This document shows positions 9,726 through 19,321 of a stretch of DNA of 64,000 nt, one piece after another. Under the pieces are notes generated by a model. That model was given only the letters and a program-made list of their open reading frames with translations. It did not search any database and was not told the origin of the DNA. Each line of letters starts with the position of its first letter. Positions within the stretch are counted from its first letter, which is position 1. The position numbers and the translations under genes were made by a program. This DNA comes from Actinomycetota bacterium (GTDB lineage: Bacteria; Actinomycetota; Humimicrobiia; Humimicrobiales; Humimicrobiaceae): NCBI GenBank assembly GCA_051744345.1, contig JBNJCW010000001.1:9498-73497 (forward strand), read 5' to 3'.

Positions 9726-10669
9726 ACCAGGAACAATTAGAGTTCAAGGTTACTGAAGAAATTGGACAGAGGATAGACCTGTATTTATCCCTCAAGCTCC
9801 AGGGTTTTTCCCGAAGCAGGATATCAAAGCTTATTGAGCAGGGAAAAATAAAGGTAAACAGGCAGAAAACTAACAAAAGCTACCGGCTAAAGGAAGGGGA
9901 CCATATTGTTATTGCTGAAACAGAAACTGAACCTTCCTTAGATTTAAAGCCCCAGAAATTAGATATAAAGGTAATATATGAAGATAATTACCTGCTGGTA
10001 ATCTCCAAACCCGCCGGGATGGTCTGCCATCCCGGTCCTGGGCACAGCAGCCATACCCTGGTAAATGCATTGCTTTACCATTGCAGCCGGCTGTCAAACT
10101 TGTCCCAGAACCAGAGGCCGGGGCTTGTGCACAGGCTGGATAAGGATACATCCGGGCTGATAATAATTGCAAAAGATGATAGTACCTATGAGCATCTTTC
10201 TGAACTTTTTAAAAAAAGAGAAGTAAAAAAGAGCTATATTGCGCTGGCTATGGGGCTGTTTGCTGAAAAAAGGGGCAGGATAGAGCTGCCGGTATCCAGA
10301 TCCCGGAGGGATAGAAAAAAGATAAGCGTATCTGTTAACCGGGGCAGGGATGCTGTTACCCTGTTTTCGGTGCTGGAAGAATATGACAGTATCTGCAGCC
10401 TGCTGCAGATAGGCCTGCAAACAGGAAGGACACACCAGATAAGGGTACACTTAAGCTATATAGGCCATCCTGTGGTAGGAGACAGGCAATATGGCACAAA
10501 GGAATGCCTTAAGCTGGCTGATAAGATCGGCCTAAACAGGCAGTTTTTACATGCCAAAAAGCTAAAATTCATTCACCCGGTAACCAGAAAAACAGTAGAA
10601 GTAGAAGACCGGTTTCCGGATGATCTCAGCCTAAGCCTGGAGAAATTAAACAAGCTGTACAAAAAATAG
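9722..10669 (+). CDS. rluD: 23S rRNA pseudouridine synthase, RluD/RluA family with S4 domain
   Basis: HRLDKDTSGL catalytic motif and an N-terminal S4-like region. The ileS-lspA-rluD order matches Bacillus. Confidence 0.85.
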   Translation: MNQEQLEFKVTEEIGQRIDLYLSLKLQGFSRSRISKLIEQGKIKVNRQKTNKSYRLKEGDHIVIAETETEPSLDLKPQKLDIKVIYEDNYLLVISKPAGMVCHPGPGHSSHTLVNALLYHCSRLSNLSQNQRPGLVHRLDKDTSGLIIIAKDDSTYEHLSELFKKREVKKSYIALAMGLFAEKRGRIELPVSRSRRDRKKISVSVNRGRDAVTLFSVLEEYDSICSLLQIGLQTGRTHQIRVHLSYIGHPVVGDRQYGTKECLKLADKIGLNRQFLHAKKLKFIHPVTRKTVEVEDRFPDDLSLSLEKLNKLYKK

Positions 10670-10717
10670 GCTATCCCTTACAGTGGAAAAATTCTAACCT
10701 TCAATCCTTAAAAAAGA

Positions 10718-11665
10718 TTAAGTTGCCCTGATTTCCTGCTTCATAAATATTATGTAAGAGAGGGCAAAACATATTATAGCCAAAGCAATTATTGCTATCA
10801 GCTGCGGCCAAACCTGTATAAGGCTTTGTCCCAAAGAGAGAGGGCTTAAGACCATCCTTGCTAAATCTGTGGCCACGAATGCCTGGGGATTAAGCAGCAT
10901 ATGGCCGCCGGTTGGTACCAGCAGCGTAGTAATCGATTCACCAAAAAGGGTAGACGGGGAGACTCTTAATATATTACGTTCAATTACATAGTTGCTTACC
11001 TGCTCAGCAGCTGAGGCATTATCCAATGGAACAACTGTATTAGCTATCGCATTTGCGATAATGGGCAAAAAGATAGCAAGAAAAAGCCAGATAGCTATTG
11101 AGGTAAGGATTGAAGTTGCAGTTTTTTCCATTATAACTGAAAAAAGCATGGAAAGGCCCATCCAGAAAGCCCCGTATATGATGCAGATAATCACAAAGAA
11201 AAATATCCTCAGTATCTCTTCTGCAGAAGGGGGAACACCTATAGATCTAAGCCCTATTCCGGCAATTAAAAAAACTATGCTGGCTATGATTATGCTCAAG
11301 GTGGTAATACCAGCCAGGAATTTGCCGTTTATTACGCTGTCTCTGAATATCGGTTGTGAAAGCAGCCGGGAAAGGTTGCCGCTTCTCCTTTCGCTGTTTA
11401 TGGCATCAAAACCAAATATTATTCCTATGATGGGAATAAACAGGCTGATAAAAGTTATAAATGACGGGAGTATGTCCCCGGATGTAGTAAACAGCCTCAG
11501 GAAAATATTTTTATCCAGGCCGGCTGCTGCTTCCCTTATGTTCTGCAGGGATACATAAACAGCAGATAAACCTGCTACATATACCAATCCCAGCAATATA
11601 ATAAATTTTTTACTGCTGAAATAATCTGTAAGTTCTTTTCTGTATACGGTCAAAATGCTTTTCAT
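10718..11665 (-). CDS. ABC-2 type transporter permease
   Basis: 315 aa, 6-TM topology. Its start lies 2 nt after the upstream ATPase gene stop. Confidence 0.6.
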   Translation of the reverse strand: MKSILTVYRKELTDYFSSKKFIILLGLVYVAGLSAVYVSLQNIREAAAGLDKNIFLRLFTTSGDILPSFITFISLFIPIIGIIFGFDAINSERRSGNLSRLLSQPIFRDSVINGKFLAGITTLSIIIASIVFLIAGIGLRSIGVPPSAEEILRIFFFVIICIIYGAFWMGLSMLFSVIMEKTATSILTSIAIWLFLAIFLPIIANAIANTVVPLDNASAAEQVSNYVIERNILRVSPSTLFGESITTLLVPTGGHMLLNPQAFVATDLARMVLSPLSLGQSLIQVWPQLIAIIALAIICFALSYIIFMKQEIRAT

Positions 11666-11666
11666 G

Positions 11667-12599
11667 CTACTCCTCTTTAAAATATTTTAGGTAAATTTCC
11701 TCCAGGGCATAATCTTTTATGTTCATGCTGGTCAGTATCGAATCGGAGCCGGCTATTATTTTTGAAATCTCGGACCTCACGTCCCTATCGGATATAACCT
11801 GCAGCTTATTTTCCTCTTGCTCTATATCCACAATCTTATCAAGTTTTTTTATGTTATCCAGTAATTGATTGTTGACCTGTGAGACCTCTAGCTCTATCCT
11901 GAACCTTCCTCCGCCAAATAATTCCCTGCCCAGCTGGTCAATCTTTCCTTCCCCAATGAGTTTTCCCCAGGAGAGGATCCCTACCCGGTGGCAGATTTTC
12001 TGGATAAGGTTTAATTGATGGGAAGAGAGGAGAAAGGTAATTCCCTTGGTTTGGTTTAAATTAATTATTGTGTCCAGTATGCTGTTTGCTACCTTTACAT
12101 CAAGGCCTTCCGTTGGTTCATCGAATATAACCAGCCGGGGGTCTTTTATGAGCACATCAGCAATACCCAGCCTTTGTTTCATTCCCTTTGAAAACTGCTT
12201 AACCAGCTGATTCTTATTCTTGGTAAGCCCTACTGTTTCCAAGGCTTCATCTATTTTTTTTGGTATTTGTCTGTAACTTATATTATTCAGTTCAGCAGTA
12301 TAGGCCAGGTTGTCTTTAGCGGTCATATCTTCATAAAATCCTATTTTTTCGGGAAGGTATCCGGTAATCCTTTTTACCTTCAAAGGTTCCCTGGTAGAAT
12401 TAAAGCCGGCTACCATGATCTTGCCGTTGGTTGGTTCTGTAAGGCCCAGAATCATAAGTATGATGGTCGATTTTCCAGCGCCGTTTGGACCCAGGAGCCC
12501 GTATATTTCTCCCTTGTTTATGGAAAGGTTGAGCCCGTCAACAGCCACGGTGCCGTCATATTTTTTAGTAAGATTCTCAGAGATTATTATCTTTTCCAT
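11667..12599 (-). CDS. ABC transporter ATP-binding protein
   Basis: Walker A GPNGAGKST, a FSKGMKQR signature-like motif and Walker B VIFDEPTEGLD, with a roughly 90-aa C-terminal extension. Confidence 0.85.
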   Translation of the reverse strand: MEKIIISENLTKKYDGTVAVDGLNLSINKGEIYGLLGPNGAGKSTIILMILGLTEPTNGKIMVAGFNSTREPLKVKRITGYLPEKIGFYEDMTAKDNLAYTAELNNISYRQIPKKIDEALETVGLTKNKNQLVKQFSKGMKQRLGIADVLIKDPRLVIFDEPTEGLDVKVANSILDTIINLNQTKGITFLLSSHQLNLIQKICHRVGILSWGKLIGEGKIDQLGRELFGGGRFRIELEVSQVNNQLLDNIKKLDKIVDIEQEENKLQVISDRDVRSEISKIIAGSDSILTSMNIKDYALEEIYLKYFKEE

Positions 12600-12603
12600 A
12601 GAA

Positions 12604-13497
12604 TTATCTTCTTCCCAGCCTTACAAAGATTATTGCAACGCCTACGATAACTATAACTATAATTCCAATTCCAACCCAACCCCATACGGTTGGTGTAAGA
12701 ACTGTTACCCTCAGGTCGATTGAATCAGTGCTGTTGTCACTGTTGGCATTAAAGGTCAGCATATAGTCGCCGGCAATGGTTTTTTCTGGCGGTTTTATGG
12801 TTGCAGCTATCTCTTTTGTTTCTCCTGATTCGATTGTTTCTATTTCCTTATTATCAAAATCTACAGTCCATCCTTCAGGCTGGCTGGCGCTAATACTGAT
12901 GTTTTCAATAGATGCAGAACCCCTATTTTCAATTATAAGGTTGTATTTATTGTCTTTTCCTGATGTAACTTCGGTATTGAGCCTTCCTGTTTTTGTACGC
13001 AGGTCTAGCTCATAGGTAGCGGTAATGATTGCTTTAAACTGGGCTACCGCGTTTAAGCCGCTTTCCTCATCTTCCACTATGACCTCTATGTCGTATTCTG
13101 CCGGCTCCATTTTTACAAGGGGTGCCGCTATTATATTCAGGCTCTCTGTTGAGCCCGGCTCAAGCTTTACTGCTGATATTTCAGCTTGTTCATAGCTGGG
13201 CTGTACCGATACGTACCATCCTTCGGGCGCTTCCCAGAGTATGTCAAAAGTTTTGGCCTCGGTACCTACAAACATCAAATCTGCCTTAAACTGAAACTGC
13301 TCTCCAGCCTTTGCCCTTATTTCCGGATAGGATATGTCAAAACTGAGCTCTTCAGGCACTGGCTCTGGTTCCGGCTCTACAGCCTCGTCCTCTTCCTGCG
13401 CAAAAACCATTGCAGGTACTGACATGATAATTGATAGGGTGAAAATGGTCAGAAAAGTTAAAACCAATGTTTTTATTTTCTTGCTTCTGTTATTCAC
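12604..13497 (-). CDS. Exported, C-terminally membrane-anchored protein with an acidic PE-rich linker and NEW3/CARDB-like beta domains
   Basis: Signal peptide, EPEPEPVPEE linker, two repetitive beta-rich segments and a C-terminal TM plus RR. GTG start with an AAGGAG RBS. It is the first gene of an operon with the ABC ATPase and permease. Confidence 0.55.
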   Translation of the reverse strand: MNNRSKKIKTLVLTFLTIFTLSIIMSVPAMVFAQEEDEAVEPEPEPVPEELSFDISYPEIRAKAGEQFQFKADLMFVGTEAKTFDILWEAPEGWYVSVQPSYEQAEISAVKLEPGSTESLNIIAAPLVKMEPAEYDIEVIVEDEESGLNAVAQFKAIITATYELDLRTKTGRLNTEVTSGKDNKYNLIIENRGSASIENISISASQPEGWTVDFDNKEIETIESGETKEIAATIKPPEKTIAGDYMLTFNANSDNSTDSIDLRVTVLTPTVWGWVGIGIIVIVIVGVAIIFVRLGRR

Positions 13498-13555
13498 TTA
13501 ACGGACTCCTTTACTATATATTGATTTTCATCATTAATGCTTTAATGTTTAGAAA

Positions 13556-13584
13556 ATTGTAATGATTTTAAAAATTGATGTCAA
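13556..13584 (-). promoter_or_regulatory. Near-consensus sigma70 promoter (TTGACA-17-TACAAT on the minus strand) for the NEW3-ABC operon
   Basis: The minus-strand reads ctgccTTGACAtcaatttttaaaatcatTACAATttt. The TSS would lie about 50 nt upstream of the GTG at 13497. Confidence 0.55.
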
Positions 13585-13589
13585 GGCAG

Positions 13590-13617
13590 TTTCGCAAAAC
13601 AAGTCTCGCAAAGCAAG
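13590..13617. repeat. Tandem 14-bp direct repeat (minus-strand CTTGCTTTGCGAGA / CTTGTTTTGCGAAA) abutting the -35 element
   Basis: Two adjacent near-identical 14-mers (11 of 14 positions match), read directly at 13590-13603 and 13604-13617. Candidate transcription-factor binding site. Confidence 0.4.
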
Positions 13618-13649
13618 AATAAGTTGGCTATCGGGCCAGGATTAAAAGG

Positions 13650-16223
13650 CTATTTTATTATCTCTATGAATTTTTTCACCAGCTGGGGGTCAAACTGGAT
13701 ACCTGAAAACCTGAGCAGTTCATCCATTGCTTCCTTTTTGGTTACCGGTTTCTTGTAGGGCCTTCCGTTGACCATCACATCATAAGCATCAATGATACTT
13801 ATAATCCTTGAGGTTATGGGTATCTCTGTGCCCTTAAGGCCTTTGGGATAACCGCTTCCGTCCCACCATTCATGGTGGCAGAGTATGCCATTGGCTATAT
13901 GGGAGAGCTGTTTGGATGATTTGGCAATACGGTAGCCTATCTGGGTGTGAGTTTTAACCTTGCCCCATTCCTTACCCGAGAGTTTTGTGTTCTTTTCAAG
14001 TATATCCTCGGGAATGGCAATCTTTCCTATGTCATGGAGGGAGGAAAGCAGAACCAGTTCATCTATCTGATTTGAGTCAAGGCCTATAGACCTTCCCAGC
14101 CTTACCGCCAGCTTCTCCAGCCGGTGGGCATGCTCTTCTGTTTCATTGCTTTTTTCCCAAAGTGACCTTTGCAGGGAGGAAATTATTGAGCTGGATATGG
14201 ATTTTTTTTGTACCAGTTTCTGCCGGTCCATCCTCTTTTCTGCTTCCTTTATTATATCTTCTATTTTCTGCCGGGGATTTTCTTTGGTGGCGATTCCTAA
14301 AGCCAGACTGTTCTGCAGTTTCTTGTCTTTTGTTTTCTCTACCTCTCTTATTATCCTCTGTTTGATGCTTAGAGCATCGGTTCCGCTGGTACTGGAAAAA
14401 AGTATGGCAAATTCATCCCCGCCCCATCTTGCCAGTATATCGCCGTATCTGCAGACACTCCGGAGTAAATCAGCTACCTCTTTGAGCACCTGGTTACCGT
14501 ATTCAAAACCGAAGGCGTCATTGATAAGCTTAAGGCCGTTTATGTCGATTATAAAGAAGGAAAGGGGAAGATACCTTTTATAATCCAGTCTTTTTAACTC
14601 TTCTTCAAAATAAGCGCGGTTATAAAGGCCTGTCTGGTAGTCATGGAATTTAAGGTACTGTATCCTGGTCTGATCCCTGTAGCTCTTAATGGCATTGACA
14701 AAAATATTGCCGGCTACCCTTATAAGTGATTTATCTTCCGTGTTCCAGTCTTTGGTATTCCTTAGGGTTTCAAAGCCAAGACATCCCAGCAGTTTATTAC
14801 CCATATAGAGGGGCAGTATTAACAATGATTTGGTGTTTTTGCTTATTTCTTTCCTGAACCTTTCTTCTGTTTCAGAAAGGTTTTCTAATTCAAACATATC
14901 CTTTATGTCAATTTCCTCAAAACCGGATAAAAATTCAATCAGCCACCAATTTTGTGGAGATTTAATTTCCTCCAGCAGGGGGGATGCAGGCAGGTTGTTT
15001 TTTCTGTATTCCCACAGTTTGTCAATTTTTTTATTCTCCAGTAAAAAAAGATAACCCCTGTCAACACCGGTAAATATTGTTATTTTTTTTAAAGCAGAAT
15101 CAAATTCTTTATTTATATCAAAGCTTGTTCCGGCAAAATTTGCCGATATATTGGAAATTAGTTTAGAGAACTCGTACCTTTCTTTGAGAAAATTTTCAGT
15201 CTTTTTTCTTTCCGTAATGTCCCTTAGCATTATAATAGAAGCAGTTTTTTCTCCGGTGTGGTCTTTATAGTTGAAGGTATCCAGTTCATAAAATTTCTTA
15301 ATTCTTTTATTTTCTTCAACAAACACCTTCTCTATCTCTGTTTTGGGGCCAATAAGAGGCCAGATATCGGTTTTATTAAGACTTAAGCCGACTACATCCT
15401 GTTTTCTGTCAATACCTATTATTTCTTTGGCCAAGGGGTTTATATCCAAAATCCTGTATTTTTTATCGGTTACAAGTATGCCGTCCCTCATGTTTTCAAT
15501 CAGCGCATTCCTGGTAATGGGTACAATCTCCCCGAGCTTTAACCTGGTGATGCCAAGAAGCATAATTATTATGCTGCCGGTAAGGGAAAGGGGGGTGAAA
15601 TCCATATAGTTTACCGGCCCTATATTCAAGAAATAAGCTATATTGGCCGCAATGGGAAGGGTTAATATCATTAGCAAAAATACAGCCTGCCTCTTGTAAA
15701 ACTTTATGGAGGTAGCCAGAAGCCTGATAAGGTAGAAGTAGCTAACAAACATCAGAATATATATATAGGAAACCCATATCCAGAAGAAGAGACCGTAGTC
15801 TTTTCTAAGCAGCAAAAGCTCGGTTGTGGCAATAAGCTCATAGTTTGTCACTATCAGGTTATGGTAGGCATTGGTAAAATCAAGCACAACCCCTGCTGCA
15901 GGAATTATCGACAGCAATAAAATCTTACCCGGGTTTATCTTAGCAGATCTACCCGTGTATTGCAGGGTGAATATAAAAAAGGCTATCGGAACTATAGCGA
16001 TTCCAAATGATGACACCTGGTTAAAAAATATTTTCTGCCCCATACTTTTACTTGCAAGCTCCAGGGTGTTTGAGGCCAGCCAAATAAAGGCGCCGGAAGA
16101 TAGCAGAATTAGTATCCTGTAGTTAAAGGAGGGCCTGTATGCATACACATAGAGAATAAATACCAGTATGCATATGATACCCATTATCATGGGAATGATG
16201 TATGGTGAAAACTGTAATTCCAT
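13650..16223 (-). CDS. Membrane sensor protein: N-terminal 7TM domain-PAS-GAF-GGDEF diguanylate cyclase-HD-GYP phosphodiesterase
   Basis: Seven hydrophobic helices at the N-terminus, RWGGDEF (intact GGDEF), then LHDIGK ... HHEWWDGSGYP (intact HD-GYP). Length 857 aa. Confidence 0.85.
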   Translation of the reverse strand: MELQFSPYIIPMIMGIICILVFILYVYAYRPSFNYRILILLSSGAFIWLASNTLELASKSMGQKIFFNQVSSFGIAIVPIAFFIFTLQYTGRSAKINPGKILLLSIIPAAGVVLDFTNAYHNLIVTNYELIATTELLLLRKDYGLFFWIWVSYIYILMFVSYFYLIRLLATSIKFYKRQAVFLLMILTLPIAANIAYFLNIGPVNYMDFTPLSLTGSIIIMLLGITRLKLGEIVPITRNALIENMRDGILVTDKKYRILDINPLAKEIIGIDRKQDVVGLSLNKTDIWPLIGPKTEIEKVFVEENKRIKKFYELDTFNYKDHTGEKTASIIMLRDITERKKTENFLKERYEFSKLISNISANFAGTSFDINKEFDSALKKITIFTGVDRGYLFLLENKKIDKLWEYRKNNLPASPLLEEIKSPQNWWLIEFLSGFEEIDIKDMFELENLSETEERFRKEISKNTKSLLILPLYMGNKLLGCLGFETLRNTKDWNTEDKSLIRVAGNIFVNAIKSYRDQTRIQYLKFHDYQTGLYNRAYFEEELKRLDYKRYLPLSFFIIDINGLKLINDAFGFEYGNQVLKEVADLLRSVCRYGDILARWGGDEFAILFSSTSGTDALSIKQRIIREVEKTKDKKLQNSLALGIATKENPRQKIEDIIKEAEKRMDRQKLVQKKSISSSIISSLQRSLWEKSNETEEHAHRLEKLAVRLGRSIGLDSNQIDELVLLSSLHDIGKIAIPEDILEKNTKLSGKEWGKVKTHTQIGYRIAKSSKQLSHIANGILCHHEWWDGSGYPKGLKGTEIPITSRIISIIDAYDVMVNGRPYKKPVTKKEAMDELLRFSGIQFDPQLVKKFIEIIK

Positions 16224-16372
16224 ATATCAATATAATTTGATATTTATGTCTAGATTATAGTATTATTTTTATATTAAGTAAAACATACTTATATTAATCG
16301 GTTAAAATTTCAACAATTTTTGCAAACAATTTAATAATAATGCAGGAAAAAGGGGAAAATTTAAATTTGCAC

Positions 16373-16401
16373 TTGTTTTTTATTTAGAAATTTCATATAT
16401 T
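16373..16401 (+). promoter_or_regulatory. Candidate pyr operon promoter TTGTTT-17-TATATT
   Basis: Spacing read from the sequence. It lies upstream of the PyrR-box leader. Confidence 0.35.
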
Positions 16402-16430
16402 AGAAAAGGAAAAAATGTAAACCTTTAAAA

Positions 16431-16446
16431 TAGTCCAGAGAGACTA
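16431..16446 (+). promoter_or_regulatory. PyrR-binding stem-loop (anti-antiterminator) in the pyr leader
   Basis: UAGUCCAGAGAGACUA matches the PyrR box consensus (approximately ARUCCNGNGAGGYU, recalled from memory) with one mismatch. It forms a UAGUC/GACUA stem with a CAGAGA loop. Confidence 0.55.
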
Positions 16447-16478
16447 AAAAGGGAAAAAGTGGAAAATAAAATAATTAA

Positions 16479-17069
<591 letters not shown>

Positions 17070-17084
17070 GAAGGAAAGTAAACA

Positions 17085-18023
17085 GTGCTAACTGACAGGA
17101 GCCTGCTAAGGACAGAAGACCTTAGCTTGGAAGAAATAGAGCTGGTGCTAAAGAATGCGGATTCTTTTCTGGAAATAATGGAGAGGAAGGTAAAAAAAGT
17201 TCCTACATTGAGGGGCAAAACAATTGCCAATATATTTTTTGAGCCCAGCACAAGGACCCGCAATTCCTTTGAGATAGCTGCCAAAAGGCTAAGCGCTGAT
17301 ATGATTAATTTTTCTGCGTCTACCAGCAGCTTAAAAAAAGGCGAATCAATAATGGATACCATAGAGACCATTATTGCCATGAAGGTAAACCTTCTTGTAA
17401 TCCGGCATGGGCACAGCGGGGTCCTTGATTTAGTAGCTAAAAAGGTTAGCGTACCTATAATAAATGCAGGGGACGGGAAAAACCAGCATCCTACCCAGGC
17501 GCTCCTGGACATATATACCATAAAAAAAATATTCGGCAGGCTTGAAGGCCTAAAGGTAGCTATTGTTGGTGATTTTATTAACAGCAGGGTAGCCAGGTCC
17601 AATGTGGAAATGTTTTCCAGGGCGGGCATGGAGGTGGCTGTTGTTGCCCCGTCCATGCTGCTGCCACCCGAGGATACTGTGCTGGGTGTCAGGACGGCAG
17701 CAGATATAGACAGGGTGGTTGAAGATGTGGATGTCCTTTATATGTTAAGGATGCAGTTTGAAAGGCAGCAGAGGAAATTCTATCCATCGGTAAGGGAGTA
17801 TAACCGTTTTTTGGGCCTGAACCTGCAGAGATTAAACAGGATGAAAGAAGATGCGGTGGTGATGCATCCCGGACCGGTTAACCGGGGGATTGAAATAAGT
17901 GAAGAGGTAATGGATTCTGCCGGAAGGAATGGGAGGCTGGTAATACCCAACCAGGTAACCCACGGGGTAGCCATAAGGATGGCGCTTCTTTATTTAATTT
18001 TAAGCCAGCAAGAGGAATCATGA
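17085..18023 (+). CDS. pyrB: Aspartate carbamoyltransferase catalytic subunit
   Basis: STRTR and HPGP motifs, GTG start, 312 aa. Confidence 0.95.
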   Translation: MLTDRSLLRTEDLSLEEIELVLKNADSFLEIMERKVKKVPTLRGKTIANIFFEPSTRTRNSFEIAAKRLSADMINFSASTSSLKKGESIMDTIETIIAMKVNLLVIRHGHSGVLDLVAKKVSVPIINAGDGKNQHPTQALLDIYTIKKIFGRLEGLKVAIVGDFINSRVARSNVEMFSRAGMEVAVVAPSMLLPPEDTVLGVRTAADIDRVVEDVDVLYMLRMQFERQQRKFYPSVREYNRFLGLNLQRLNRMKEDAVVMHPGPVNRGIEISEEVMDSAGRNGRLVIPNQVTHGVAIRMALLYLILSQQEES

Positions 18024-19315
18024 AAAAAATACTAGGTACCAGGGATATGCTTATAAAAAATGCAGCCGTGATTGACCCCTACACCGATGGTGACTACACC
18101 TCGGATATACTGATAGAGGAGGGCCGTATAAAGGAGATAGCAGAGGGTATAAAAGAATCAAATAATGTTTTGGAAATCGATGCTTCCGGATGCATTATAT
18201 CGCCGGGGCTTGTAGATATGCATGTACACTTAAGGGATCCCGGAGATGATAAGGAGGAAGACATAGAAAGCGGGGTCAGGTCAGCCCTGGCGGGGGGCTT
18301 TGTGGCTGTTGCCACCATGCCCAATACGCAGCCGGCTGTTGACAGCCCTTCCCTGATAGAATATATACTTGGGCAGGCCGGAAAAAATGATTTTAAGATA
18401 CTTCCGGTGGCAGCTATAACCAAAGAGCTCAGGGGTCTGGAGATTACCGAGATGGGCCTTCTTTCTGAAAGAGGGGCAGCGGCCTTTTCAGATGACGGGA
18501 AATGTGTGGCTGACGCCAGGCTGATGTATGAGGCAATGCGTTACTCTGGCCAGTTTTCCTCACTCCTTATACTGCATGAAGAGGAATACGGTTTCACCCA
18601 GGACGGGCTCGTTCACGAGGGCTACTGGTCTAACAGGCTGGGCCTGGAAGGGATATCCCCGCTGGCCGAGGAGTTGATTATAGGCAGGGATATAATGCTG
18701 GCAAAAAAAACAGGGGCCAGAATCCATATAACCCACCTGAGCAGCAGGCGGTCAGTAGAAATGATAAGGCAGGCCAAAAGGCAAGGGGTTAATATAAGCT
18801 GTGATGTAACCCCCCATCACCTCTATTTTAACCACAGCTGTCTTAAAACATTTAATACCAACTTTAAGGTTAAACCCCCCATAAGGGCAGAAGAGGACCA
18901 GGCTGCGCTGGTTGAAGGGTTAAAAGACGGTACCATTGATGCTATAGCCAGTGACCACGCTCCCCATCTTCTGGAAGAAAAAAATACCACCTTCCAGGAT
19001 GCACAGTTCGGGGCAATCGGCATGGAAACAGCTTTTAAGGCAGCGTATACCAAACTCTGCAGGGATGAAGGGATGGGCTTAAAACAGCTGATTAAATTAA
19101 TGACTGCGGCCCCTTCTAGCATACTTGGCATGGAGAGCATGGCCGTAGAGGAGGGAAATGAAGCAAACCTGGTGGTAATAGATACAGCCAAAAAGGAAAA
19201 TATCAAAAAAGAGTTCTTCTCTAAAAGCAAAAACTGCCCGTTTATAGGGCAGGAGCTTTACAGCAGGGTGCTTTATACCATAAACAATGGCAAATTATCT
19301 TATGTAAGAGAGTGA
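18020..19315 (+). CDS. pyrC: Dihydroorotase
   Basis: DMHVHLRDPG metal-binding motif, 431 aa. Confidence 0.9.
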   Translation: MKKILGTRDMLIKNAAVIDPYTDGDYTSDILIEEGRIKEIAEGIKESNNVLEIDASGCIISPGLVDMHVHLRDPGDDKEEDIESGVRSALAGGFVAVATMPNTQPAVDSPSLIEYILGQAGKNDFKILPVAAITKELRGLEITEMGLLSERGAAAFSDDGKCVADARLMYEAMRYSGQFSSLLILHEEEYGFTQDGLVHEGYWSNRLGLEGISPLAEELIIGRDIMLAKKTGARIHITHLSSRRSVEMIRQAKRQGVNISCDVTPHHLYFNHSCLKTFNTNFKVKPPIRAEEDQAALVEGLKDGTIDAIASDHAPHLLEEKNTTFQDAQFGAIGMETAFKAAYTKLCRDEGMGLKQLIKLMTAAPSSILGMESMAVEEGNEANLVVIDTAKKENIKKEFFSKSKNCPFIGQELYSRVLYTINNGKLSYVRE

Positions 19316-19321
19316 TCTATA

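Noticed and set aside
12267-12723. Plus-strand ORFs of 127 and 102 aa overlapping the ABC ATPase gene.
   Set aside because: They are antisense to a motif-rich ABC ATPase, and frame-shifted relative to each other. There is no independent support.
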